This document shows, piece after piece, positions 35,984-44,961 of a DNA stretch of 55,831 nucleotides. A program made the position numbers and the translations under genes. Position 1 is the stretch's first letter; the number at the start of each line of letters is the position of its first letter. The notes under the pieces are model-generated. The model saw nothing but the letters and a program-made list of their open reading frames with translations. It made no database searches and had not been told where the DNA came from. The stretch lies in sequence record SRR22947727_1464; one strand, written 5' to 3'.

Positions 35984-37963
35984 GAACTGCCTAATCTCGA
36001 CGCCCTGCACCACATAGGCCTCGCGCGAGACAAGCCCGATCCACCCGCGCCCATGGGCCGGCCGGCCACTGCGCACATTGCGAAATTTTGGCAGACCCTC
36101 AGATAAGGCCAAAGCTCCTCCATTGGTTTTGGCCAAAATGCGTGCCATCACCCGATCGGTGGCGATGGTCTGTACAAACTCCCGCGGTGCTGCCGGCCCC
36201 AGCGCAGCCACGATCTGCAAATCCCCTGAGCTCAAACGATAAAGCCCGAGATCCTCACTGACTATTTCAGCCCTATACCGACCGGGCGCCATAGGTTGCA
36301 AAGCTACGGTAAACCGCTCGCCGTTTGGCGTTACCACCTCAAGCGGCGCAAGCGGGCCTTCGGTCAAGCTGCGACGCGTGACCTGTAGCCCGCTCTCGCT
36401 TGGCTCTGCCAATAGCGCCTCCTCCTCCAGATCAGGCTCTTTCATCGACCAATGCGCCACGCGGCGCAGCAATTCCGCCTGGGGTCCTCCCCCTTCATAG
36501 CCACGATCCCAAAGCCAAGCATGATCCGAGGTCAAAAGCGCAACCCGCCCCTTGCCCACACGGTCCACAAGCAGCAAAGGGGACTCCCCGCGCCCTGTCA
36601 TCAGCACCTGACCCGAGGTTGCCTCGACCTCAATCTGCCGCAACCATCGGCCCCATCCCGTGTCTGGTGCCAAACTTTCCAAGCTTGCACTGACCGGATG
36701 TTTCAGGCCAAACTTTGTCACCCGCGGCAAGATAGGTTCTTCAAAGACCCGAGAGGTCGGCCGGCCCGGCAGAATGGCCCCAAGAGGCGAGCGATAAAGA
36801 CTATTGACCCCCGCATAATCCGGTCCAGCCGCCACCAAAACCGCCCCGCCTTGGCGGACGTAATTGGCGATTGACTCGAAATACTCTTCTGGTAGCAATC
36901 CTCGGCGCTTATAACGATCAAACACAATCAGATCGAACTCGCCAATTTTTTCGAGAAACAATTCGCGTGTGGGAAAGGCAATCAAAGACAATTCCGTCAC
37001 CGGCACGCCATCTTGCTTTTCCGGTGGGCGCAAAATTGTGAAATGCACCAAATCGACATTGTTGTCTGACTTTAACAGATTGCGCCATGTGCGCTCGCCC
37101 GGATGCGGCACCCCCGAGACCAGCAAAACGCGAAGCCGGTCACGCAGGGCATTGATCTGCACAACCGCAGCATTGTTGCGATCGGTCAACTCACCGCTCA
37201 TATCAGGTGTCGAAAACTGCAAAATATTCATGCCGCCGTGACCCAGCGACACGTCGACCTCAACCTCACGGTTCACTGGAATTTGATACCGCTGCTCTGG
37301 CCCCCCATCCACCGACAGGATGATATCTGCCAAAGCCGCTTGTGGCGCGGCCCCTTGATCCTCGACCAAAAGCGTCAGGGTGATCGGCTCGCCTAAAATC
37401 GCAAAACCCGGTGCATTTTTGACCAACAGTCGACGATCCCAATCGCGCGATCGTCCCGTAAGCAACAGATGTAGAGGCGCAGGCAAGTTTGGGGCAAACT
37501 CCGTATCGTGAATCTGCCCGTCTGAAATCACAATCGCACCGGCAATACGATCCCGTGCGGTTTCAGACAGGGCCTGCGCCAAAGCGGTCATAACTTCCGA
37601 ACCACCCGGCCCGGCTGCATCCGCCACCTCCACCAGCCGCATCTCGGTTCCCGGCCGATCCGCAAGCTGTGCCGTGACATGAGCCAAGGCCGCCTCAGTT
37701 TGCGCCACCCGGTCCGACAGCCTCTGACTGGACGAGCGGTCAACAACCACGAGGACAATATCCGCTTCCGTTTGGCGTTCTTCGGTTTTCAGTGAGGGAT
37801 TAAGCAGAGCCAAAAAGACACAGATCACAGCAAAGCCGCGATAGGGCCAGCCCGCGAGCCGCCGAAACGCCGCCAGGGCCAAAGCCCCCAGCACAGCCAG
37901 CGCCAAAGCCACCATAAACCAGAGCGGCAGAAGCGGATCAAAAAGCAATGCATCAAGCCTCAT
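35903..37963 (-). CDS. Membrane protein with vWA-like and glutamine-amidotransferase-like domains (MoxR operon partner)
   Basis: N-terminal TMs, DRSSS MIDAS-like motif and SDGQ, ERTWRNLLKSD..VDLVHFTILRPP block, C-terminal TM. Confidence 0.8.
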   Translation of the reverse strand: MRLDALLFDPLLPLWFMVALALAVLGALALAAFRRLAGWPYRGFAVICVFLALLNPSLKTEERQTEADIVLVVVDRSSSQRLSDRVAQTEAALAHVTAQLADRPGTEMRLVEVADAAGPGGSEVMTALAQALSETARDRIAGAIVISDGQIHDTEFAPNLPAPLHLLLTGRSRDWDRRLLVKNAPGFAILGEPITLTLLVEDQGAAPQAALADIILSVDGGPEQRYQIPVNREVEVDVSLGHGGMNILQFSTPDMSGELTDRNNAAVVQINALRDRLRVLLVSGVPHPGERTWRNLLKSDNNVDLVHFTILRPPEKQDGVPVTELSLIAFPTRELFLEKIGEFDLIVFDRYKRRGLLPEEYFESIANYVRQGGAVLVAAGPDYAGVNSLYRSPLGAILPGRPTSRVFEEPILPRVTKFGLKHPVSASLESLAPDTGWGRWLRQIEVEATSGQVLMTGRGESPLLLVDRVGKGRVALLTSDHAWLWDRGYEGGGPQAELLRRVAHWSMKEPDLEEEALLAEPSESGLQVTRRSLTEGPLAPLEVVTPNGERFTVALQPMAPGRYRAEIVSEDLGLYRLSSGDLQIVAALGPAAPREFVQTIATDRVMARILAKTNGGALALSEGLPKFRNVRSGRPAHGRGWIGLVSREAYVVQGVEIRQFLPAWVYLIFAALGLLIGWLREGRWDK

Positions 37964-40707
37964 TCGCCCAACCTCTTGAGAAGTTCAGGGACATGCACCT
38001 GATCGGATTTATAGTTGCCGGTCAAAACATGCATGATCAGGTTGACTCCAAACCGCAGGGCAATCTCCCGCTGCCGCTCTCCAGCCATGCCGCGCCCCAC
38101 GGGCAGGAGAGGCTCCCCGGCCTCATCCACAGCCCAAGCCGCCGCCCAATCATTGCCGCCAATCACAACCGGGGTAACCCCGTCATTGAGATTGCGAAAG
38201 GGCATGCCTTCCACCTGCACGCCAGAATTTTGTGGGGCTTCCACCCAAATTCCCCCACGCGGATACCGGCCCGGGAAATCTTGCAGCAGATAAAAACTGC
38301 GCGTCAGCACATGATCCAGCGCGATCGGCGCCAAGGGCGGCAGGTTCAGCCCAGAGGCCAGTTGTTGCAATACACGGCCTTCCTTAGTCGTCTGGCCAAC
38401 CCGCGCAATGTCACTATCCCTTGTGTCGAATAGGATCATCCCGCCGCCTTTGAGGTAGCGATTCAATTTGCTCAGCTCCTGAGAGGACAAAGCCTGTTGC
38501 CCCAAGGTGATCGGCCAATAGAGAAAGGGGAAGAACGACAATTCATCACGGGCCAAAGACAGCCCCATTGGCGGGGCTGGTTCAATAGAGGTGCGTTGAA
38601 AAAGCGCCTGTGTCAGTCCAAGCAAACCGGCGCGGGAAATCTCATCCTGCCGCGCGTCCTGGGTTTCAACATAGGCCAAAACCACTGCGCGACTGGCGGC
38701 TATGGCGCGGTCCTGCGACATTTGCGCCAATGCGCTCTCAGGGGAAATGCTTGTCAGGAGAGCTCCTGTAACAGCCGTCAAGACGCCACCCCGCAGCCGG
38801 CCCGAAAGCCAAAGCGAGGCCACAACATCTGCGATCAGCAAACACAAAGCCAGCGCCAAAAACCAAGCGCCCAGACGATGCGAGCGCGCTTGATCTTGCC
38901 CTAACAGCCGCACCTCATCCGGCCAGCGCGCAGGGGTTAATTGGCTATCGTCAGAAAGGATATTGCGCGCCCAACGGCGGTCTTGCCCTTGGTAGAGGCC
39001 CGCGGGAGTCTGCGCGGAAATCGCTGCCTGTGCCAACTCAGCGCCCGCAATCCCGGCACGATCACCCACCCGCATCAACTCCCCGGCGCCATCCATCTGC
39101 TGTACCAATTGCCAGGTACTGCCGGCCAAAGACTCCGCTTCGAAATTCGCAGCACTTCCGATGACAGACAGACGCTCTAACATGGACACAAAGAGCCCTG
39201 AAATCGGCAGGTTTGACCATTGTGTATTGGCGGTCACATGAAACAGAACGACCTGCCCTTGCCCAAGCTGTCTGCGAGTCACCAAGGGGGTGCCATCGCT
39301 CAGGCGCGCGATCACATGGGGTGCCAAATCCGGTCCAGGTTCCGCCAAAACCTGTGCGGTAACGGTGACCTCATCGGGAACCGGCAAGCCATAAAATGGC
39401 GTATCAATCTCAAAGCTCTGCAAAGTTTTCGGCGCGCCCCAAGACATAGCCCCACCGACCGTGCGCCCACCCGCCCGCAGCTTCACCGGCAAAAGCGGAT
39501 CACGCGTTTGCGCCTCAAATTGTGCCGCTGCCAAACGCGGCCCCGCAAAGCGCAGCAAGGTGCCCCCCTCAGCCACCCAATCGGCCAGGGCCTCTTTTGA
39601 GGCCACCTTGGCGACATCGGCTAAAATAATCGCATCGGGGTTGGCCAAGAGCACATCATCCAATGTCCCATCAATCAAATCCACAACGGGCGATAGCGCC
39701 TGGGTCAAATAGTGATCTGGTGCAAAAAGGATCAGGCCTTCGCGGTCAGAGGTCTCCCCCGTGAGAATAGCAATTTCTGGGCGTTGAATACGATCATCCG
39801 TCAATCGCACCGCCGCTGCTGATTTATGCCCGGCCACCACAAGCCGCGAAATTCGGTTGCGCATCTCCAGCGGCGAATCCACGGTGGTGGTTGCACGCAA
39901 ATCCTGCGCAGAAAAGCCCATCTCAGCACTTTGCAATCGGCGCTCCACGCCAGAGGGATCCAAGCCCAAGATATCAACGACAACCCCCTGTGCCTGTCCG
40001 GCTGTCATCCGCACTGCCGAAATCTCAATCCCCTGTGCCGCAGCCCGCACCGGCAAGAGACCTATGGGGCCGCTGCGGCTCATGGTGACCTCGACGGATC
40101 CGTGGCGCAGTAAATCGCGGACCAATCGGTCTCGGCCAGGCCAATCGAGCGGCGAGGCCAGCCAATGCGTGTCAAAATTCCCCAAAGAGTCAAACTGGCC
40201 TTGCCAGTTGCGCTTCGGCAACCAGGCGTTCGGCTCAGCGGCCTTAATCGCGCGGGCGGCTTCGGAGGCTGCAGAAAACACCAGATCTTTTTGTGGCTCC
40301 GTGAGTTGCAAAAATGCCACGGGGCGCCCTTGGTTGCCCGCCTGTTGCACCACCTGCAGAGCCGCAAGTTGCTGCGCCTCCCAATCGCTGGCATCTGCCC
40401 AGCTGCCCTCCAGGACCACAAGCAGCTTTGACAAATTTTGCCCATTGGGCGCCGGATTCACAATCGGACCGGCCAGACCAATAATCAAACAGGCCATCAC
40501 CAAGGCCCGCAACAGCAAAAGCCACCACGAGGTCTTGTCCGCTTGCACGGTCTCATCGTTCAACCCCAAAAGCAGGGCCACGCCAGGAAAAACCCGTCGG
40601 ATCGGAGCTGGTGGCACAGCCCGCAGCAAGATCCACAACAGCGGCAAAGCAAAAAGCCCCACAAGCAACCAAGGCGCGGTAAAACCAATCACGGAAAAGA
40701 ACGTCAT
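37960..40707 (-). CDS. BatA-domain / DUF4159 domain membrane protein
   Basis: N-terminal BatA-type segment (PWLL..LP.LW..LR..PP.P, WWLLLLR, AGP); C-terminal FPFLYWP, GGMILFD, DWAAAWA, GNYKSDQVH. Confidence 0.85.
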   Translation of the reverse strand: MTFFSVIGFTAPWLLVGLFALPLLWILLRAVPPAPIRRVFPGVALLLGLNDETVQADKTSWWLLLLRALVMACLIIGLAGPIVNPAPNGQNLSKLLVVLEGSWADASDWEAQQLAALQVVQQAGNQGRPVAFLQLTEPQKDLVFSAASEAARAIKAAEPNAWLPKRNWQGQFDSLGNFDTHWLASPLDWPGRDRLVRDLLRHGSVEVTMSRSGPIGLLPVRAAAQGIEISAVRMTAGQAQGVVVDILGLDPSGVERRLQSAEMGFSAQDLRATTTVDSPLEMRNRISRLVVAGHKSAAAVRLTDDRIQRPEIAILTGETSDREGLILFAPDHYLTQALSPVVDLIDGTLDDVLLANPDAIILADVAKVASKEALADWVAEGGTLLRFAGPRLAAAQFEAQTRDPLLPVKLRAGGRTVGGAMSWGAPKTLQSFEIDTPFYGLPVPDEVTVTAQVLAEPGPDLAPHVIARLSDGTPLVTRRQLGQGQVVLFHVTANTQWSNLPISGLFVSMLERLSVIGSAANFEAESLAGSTWQLVQQMDGAGELMRVGDRAGIAGAELAQAAISAQTPAGLYQGQDRRWARNILSDDSQLTPARWPDEVRLLGQDQARSHRLGAWFLALALCLLIADVVASLWLSGRLRGGVLTAVTGALLTSISPESALAQMSQDRAIAASRAVVLAYVETQDARQDEISRAGLLGLTQALFQRTSIEPAPPMGLSLARDELSFFPFLYWPITLGQQALSSQELSKLNRYLKGGGMILFDTRDSDIARVGQTTKEGRVLQQLASGLNLPPLAPIALDHVLTRSFYLLQDFPGRYPRGGIWVEAPQNSGVQVEGMPFRNLNDGVTPVVIGGNDWAAAWAVDEAGEPLLPVGRGMAGERQREIALRFGVNLIMHVLTGNYKSDQVHVPELLKRLGE

Positions 40708-41567
40708 CGGCGGTATTCCAAAGCGTGATAAAGATCCAATAGGGCGCCGGTTGCGGGTTGATCTGTACTGTGCATGAAAAATCGCCAGCCCAAACTCTGC
40801 GCCAAATTTGCCACCTGCGCCTTGCGCTCTTTCAAAGCCTCAAAATAAGGCAGCCGAAGATCATCCGCCTTTTGACTTTCATGGCGCAAACTGCCGGCCA
40901 TGCTTTCAAAAAGGGTGCGGCCTTGAAAAGGAAAGTGAAGCTCCTGAGGATCCAAGACCATCAGCAATACACCTTTCACTTGCTGACCTGCGGCCCGTGT
41001 CACCGTGTCGCGCAGCGCGGCAACGTCCCCGAAAAAATCAGAGGCAAACACCGCCAAACTGTTCGCCGTCAGGCCCTCAATTTGTGGTGCACCAAAATCA
41101 TGCGACGCCGGGCGCGCCAAAGCCTGTGCCAAAGCAGAAATCTGCGACCGGCCCGTTTGCGGCGGCAATCCGCCATCGCTGGTGCCTATGCGCTCGCCGG
41201 CCTGATTGAGGAGAATAGCAAGCGCCAGAGCGATCATCGCCGCCCGATGCTGCTTACTCTCTCCCTGACTGGAAAATTGCATCGCAGCGGAATTATCGAT
41301 CCAAAACTGCACCGCCTGCGCCGCCTGCCATTCGTTTTCGCGCACAAATTGCTCATCTGCGCGCGCAGACCGCCGCCAGTCAATCGCGCGCGAAGCATCG
41401 CCTGCCTGTGCCGGGCGGAACTGCCAAAAGACATCCCCCGGCCCGGCGCGCCGCCGCCCGTGCCCGCCCAGTGAAAAACTCTGAGCAAGCTGTTGGGCCT
41501 CTGCCAAAAGCTGTGGCCAGTCAGACGCCAGCTCAAAGGCCGCGTTTAAAGGCGGGTTTGAATTCAA
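40704..41567 (-). CDS. DUF58 family protein
   Basis: GGHGRRRAGPG, FWQFR, IDWRRSAR, VRENEW, SDF motifs; directly downstream of moxR. Confidence 0.9.
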   Translation of the reverse strand: MNSNPPLNAAFELASDWPQLLAEAQQLAQSFSLGGHGRRRAGPGDVFWQFRPAQAGDASRAIDWRRSARADEQFVRENEWQAAQAVQFWIDNSAAMQFSSQGESKQHRAAMIALALAILLNQAGERIGTSDGGLPPQTGRSQISALAQALARPASHDFGAPQIEGLTANSLAVFASDFFGDVAALRDTVTRAAGQQVKGVLLMVLDPQELHFPFQGRTLFESMAGSLRHESQKADDLRLPYFEALKERKAQVANLAQSLGWRFFMHSTDQPATGALLDLYHALEYRR

Positions 41568-42571
41568 GACGCCGCCTTTTTGTCTAAGATCATCTGCGTG
41601 ACATCGCCAATCAGCTCAAGCTGAGTGATGCCGCGTGCTCGAGCGCCAAATGCCAATGCCATACGGTGGTTGAGCACCGCAGGCGCCAGATCCGCGACGT
41701 CCTGAGCCGAGGGTGCATAGGCCCCACGCAACAAAGCGCGCGCGCGCACGGCCAGCATCAAGGCCTGCGCCGCACGTGGCCCCGGGCCCCAGCGCATATT
41801 CTCGCGAACCCGCTCCGGCGCTGTTGGGTCTTCCGGCCGGAACGCCCGCACCAGATCCAAAATAAGCTCCACAATCGCCTCGCCCACAGGCATGCGGCGA
41901 ATCAAAGCCTGCGCCGCCAGCAGCTGATCGGGGTCAAAGACCGCAGAGACCTCCGCCTCCTGCGCGCCGGTGGTCGCCAAAAGAATATCTCGTTCCGTGG
42001 CCCTATCCGGATAGGGCACTTGGATCTCGAGCAAAAACCGATCGAGTTGCGCCTCTGGCAAAGGATAGGTGCCCTCCTGTTCAATCGGATTTTGCGTCGC
42101 CAGCACATGAAAGGGAACCCCAAGCGGCCGGTCGCGCCCCGCGACAGTAACAGATTTTTCCTGCATAGCTTGAAGCAGCGCCGATTGCGTCCGTGGACTG
42201 GCGCGGTTAATTTCATCAGCCATCAACAATTGGCAAAATACGGGCCCTTCGATAAAGCGAAATTGCCGCGCGCCATCGGATGCGGTCTCCAGAACCTCGG
42301 AACCCAAGATATCAGCGGGCATCAAATCTGGGGTGAATTGCACCCGATTGCCGCGCAACCCCATGACAGTGGACAGCGCCTCAACCAGCCGGGTTTTCCC
42401 AACCCCCGGCAGGCCAACCAAGACCCCATGCCCGCCACATAACAAGGTGATGAGCACCAAATCCACCACCCGCTCCTGTCCAATGAACACCCCGCGGATC
42501 ATCTCGCGGGCCTCTGCCAAACGGTGGCCTAGGTCTTCAATTTGTGGCGCCAGCGTATCAGCTTTGGTCAT
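41564..42571 (-). CDS. moxR: MoxR family AAA+ ATPase
   Basis: Walker A GLPGVGKT, RVQFTPDLMPADI, Walker B ADEINR, ATQNPIEQEGTYPLPEAQLDRF. Confidence 0.95.
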   Translation of the reverse strand: MTKADTLAPQIEDLGHRLAEAREMIRGVFIGQERVVDLVLITLLCGGHGVLVGLPGVGKTRLVEALSTVMGLRGNRVQFTPDLMPADILGSEVLETASDGARQFRFIEGPVFCQLLMADEINRASPRTQSALLQAMQEKSVTVAGRDRPLGVPFHVLATQNPIEQEGTYPLPEAQLDRFLLEIQVPYPDRATERDILLATTGAQEAEVSAVFDPDQLLAAQALIRRMPVGEAIVELILDLVRAFRPEDPTAPERVRENMRWGPGPRAAQALMLAVRARALLRGAYAPSAQDVADLAPAVLNHRMALAFGARARGITQLELIGDVTQMILDKKAAS

Positions 42572-42642
42572 AAGATTGCCTCGCAATAATTTCTATGTGG
42601 TATATATCTAGCCTACCTTAAGAAAAAGAGATGACAACTGAT

Positions 42643-43224
42643 ATGAGCGGACAAAATATCGTGACCCCATCGGCAGAAAACATCGCCGCCAGTGTCTCAG
42701 CCGCAACCCGTGGCAAAGGCTTGCCGCCAGTTCACCTATGGAACCCACCGTTCTGCGGCGATCTGGACATCAGAATTGCACGGGATGGCACCTGGTTCTA
42801 CCTTGGCACCCCCATTGGCCGACCAGCGCTTGTGAAATTGTTTTCGTCAATCTTGAAAAAAGAGGCGGGGAAATATTACCTCGTGACCCCAGTTGAAAAA
42901 GTCGGAATCCAAGTGGATGACGCCCCCTTTGTGGCGGTGGATGTGGATCATCGCGACGGCGATTTGCATTTCACCACGCAGGTCGGCGACACAATGATCG
43001 CCGGCCCTGACCACCCAATCCGTGTGGAGCGCGACCCCGAAACCGGCGAGCCGTCGCCCTATGTTCTGGTGCGCAGCAATCTGGAAGCCCTCATTGATCG
43101 CAAAAGCTTCTACCGCTTGGTCGACCTTGGCCTGCATGAGATATGGAAGGGTGAAAGCTGGTTCGGCCTGCGCTCCCAATCCACATTCTTCCCTGTGATC
43201 CCGTCGAAAGAGCTGACTATTTGA
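42643..43224 (+). CDS. DUF1285 family protein
   Basis: PPVHLWNPPFCGD, DGTWFY, LVTPVEKVGI, DDAPF, PYV; divergent from moxR. Alternative start 42631. Confidence 0.88.
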   Translation: MSGQNIVTPSAENIAASVSAATRGKGLPPVHLWNPPFCGDLDIRIARDGTWFYLGTPIGRPALVKLFSSILKKEAGKYYLVTPVEKVGIQVDDAPFVAVDVDHRDGDLHFTTQVGDTMIAGPDHPIRVERDPETGEPSPYVLVRSNLEALIDRKSFYRLVDLGLHEIWKGESWFGLRSQSTFFPVIPSKELTI

Positions 43225-43244
43225 CGGAAAATAAGAATACGGCT

Positions 43245-43796
43245 CTAGAATTGCATCAAGTGCTTATACTCACCCGGCTTAAGATCTCCTAAATGCCACT
43301 CACCGATTTGCGCTCGGATGAGGCGTAGGCAGGGGTGGCCTATGGCTGCGGTCATGCGGCGTATTTGGCGATTTTTGCCTTCGCGAATGGTCACCTCGAT
43401 CCAGCTGTCCGGCACCGACTTGCGCACCCGGATCGGCGGGTTACGTGGCCAGAGGCCCTCCGGTTCGTCCATCAGCCGCGCTTTGGCCGGTTGGGTGACA
43501 CCGTCTTTCAACTGCACCCCGCGGCGCAGGCTTTGCAAGGCGCTCTCTTGCGGGGCGCCTTCGACCTGGACCCAATAGGTTTTTGCCATTTTATGTTTCG
43601 GATCGGCAATCCGGGCCTGCAATTTGCCATCATCAGTTAAGAGCAACAGCCCCTCACTGTCCCGATCCAGCCGACCGGCCGGGTAGACATGCGGAACGGG
43701 AATATAGCGCGATAGGGTCTCGCGCCCGCTGGCCGCAAGGCTTTGATCTGTGAATTGGGACAGGACATTGAACGGCTTGTGGAACAGGATCAGCAC
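43245..43796 (-). CDS. rluE: Pseudouridine synthase (RsuA family, RluE-like)
   Basis: GRLDRDSEGLL catalytic Asp motif, KTYWVQVEG, EGKNRQIRRM; no S4 domain. Confidence 0.85.
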   Translation of the reverse strand: MLILFHKPFNVLSQFTDQSLAASGRETLSRYIPVPHVYPAGRLDRDSEGLLLLTDDGKLQARIADPKHKMAKTYWVQVEGAPQESALQSLRRGVQLKDGVTQPAKARLMDEPEGLWPRNPPIRVRKSVPDSWIEVTIREGKNRQIRRMTAAIGHPCLRLIRAQIGEWHLGDLKPGEYKHLMQF

Positions 43797-44935
43797 GTTA
43801 ACGCCTGTTCCAAATCAGCGCATAGATCCTGCACATCCTCAATGCCAATCGACAGGCGCAGAAGAGACTCAGGAATGCCGGTATGAGGCTCAATCGTGTG
43901 GCGATGTTCCACCAGGCTTTCCACCCCGCCCAACGAGGTGGCTCGGTGAAACAAATTCAATTGACCGGCCACCCTCAGGGCCTCCACCGCCCCGCCCTTC
44001 ACGCAAAAGGACAAGAGCGAGCCAAACCCACCTGCCATTTGCCGCTTGGCCACACTATGCCCGTCGAAATCAGGCAGGCCGGGATAAAACACTTGCGCCA
44101 CCGCGTCGTGACTTTGCAAGAATTCTGCCACAGCCTGCGCATTTTGCGACATACGCTCCACGCGCAAAGGCAGGGTGCGAATTGAGCGAATGAGCAGCCA
44201 AGCCTCAAAACTGCCGATCACCGCGCCGGCGTCATGGCGATCTATGGCGATCGCTTGCCAATGCGAGTCGGCCGGCGCATTGGTCGCCAAGACCCCAGCC
44301 AAGACATCCGAATGGCCATTGATTCCTTTGGTCGCCGAATGCATGACAATATCGGCCCCAAAATCCAAGGCGCGGGTCAAAATTGGGGTTGCGGCCGTGG
44401 CATCAACCACCAGTCGCCCGCCTGCCGCATGGGTGGCCTCTGCCACAAGCGCGATATCCGTTGTCCGCAGCCACGGGTTTGAAGGTGTCTCAATAAAGAC
44501 CAAATCCGGCTGGTGCTGGGAGCAGAGGCTTTGCGCCTGCCCAATATCGCTCAAATCCGCCTCGATCAGGGTCACGGACCGGCGGGCACAAAACTCCCGC
44601 AACCACTTCGTTGTGCCCCAATAGATCTGTGACTGCACCAAGACCGTCACCCCGCCCGACAAAGCTCGAAACACCGCTGCAATCGCCGCCATGCCATTGG
44701 GAAATAAGAGTGCGGTCTCAGCGTTGTCCAGTTGCGCCAAAAGAGCTTCGGCGATGCGGCCCACATCATTGTCATCACGGGCATAAATATTGCCCGTGGG
44801 ATGCGGCTGGTAGCTACGGTCCCGTGTGAAGGTCGTACTGGGCTGAATGGGCGGTACAACCCCGCCGCTGGCCGCGTCAATATATCCGCCCGCCTGCGCC
44901 GCAATAGTCGCCACTGATAGGCCACGTTTCGCCAT
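43790..44935 (-). CDS. PLP-dependent trans-sulfuration enzyme (cystathionine gamma-synthase/lyase family)
   Basis: VVPPI, GMAAI, ETPSNP, HSATK..GHSD, SLGGVESL, LLRLSIGIE. Confidence 0.9.
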   Translation of the reverse strand: MAKRGLSVATIAAQAGGYIDAASGGVVPPIQPSTTFTRDRSYQPHPTGNIYARDDNDVGRIAEALLAQLDNAETALLFPNGMAAIAAVFRALSGGVTVLVQSQIYWGTTKWLREFCARRSVTLIEADLSDIGQAQSLCSQHQPDLVFIETPSNPWLRTTDIALVAEATHAAGGRLVVDATAATPILTRALDFGADIVMHSATKGINGHSDVLAGVLATNAPADSHWQAIAIDRHDAGAVIGSFEAWLLIRSIRTLPLRVERMSQNAQAVAEFLQSHDAVAQVFYPGLPDFDGHSVAKRQMAGGFGSLLSFCVKGGAVEALRVAGQLNLFHRATSLGGVESLVEHRHTIEPHTGIPESLLRLSIGIEDVQDLCADLEQALTC

Positions 44936-44961
44936 GGATGTCCCCTCTTTCGCCTCAGACT

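Noticed and set aside
42572..42642. RpoH-like promoters in the moxR/DUF1285 divergent spacer
   Set aside because: Only weak partial matches on either strand in an AT-rich stretch; not distinguishable from chance.
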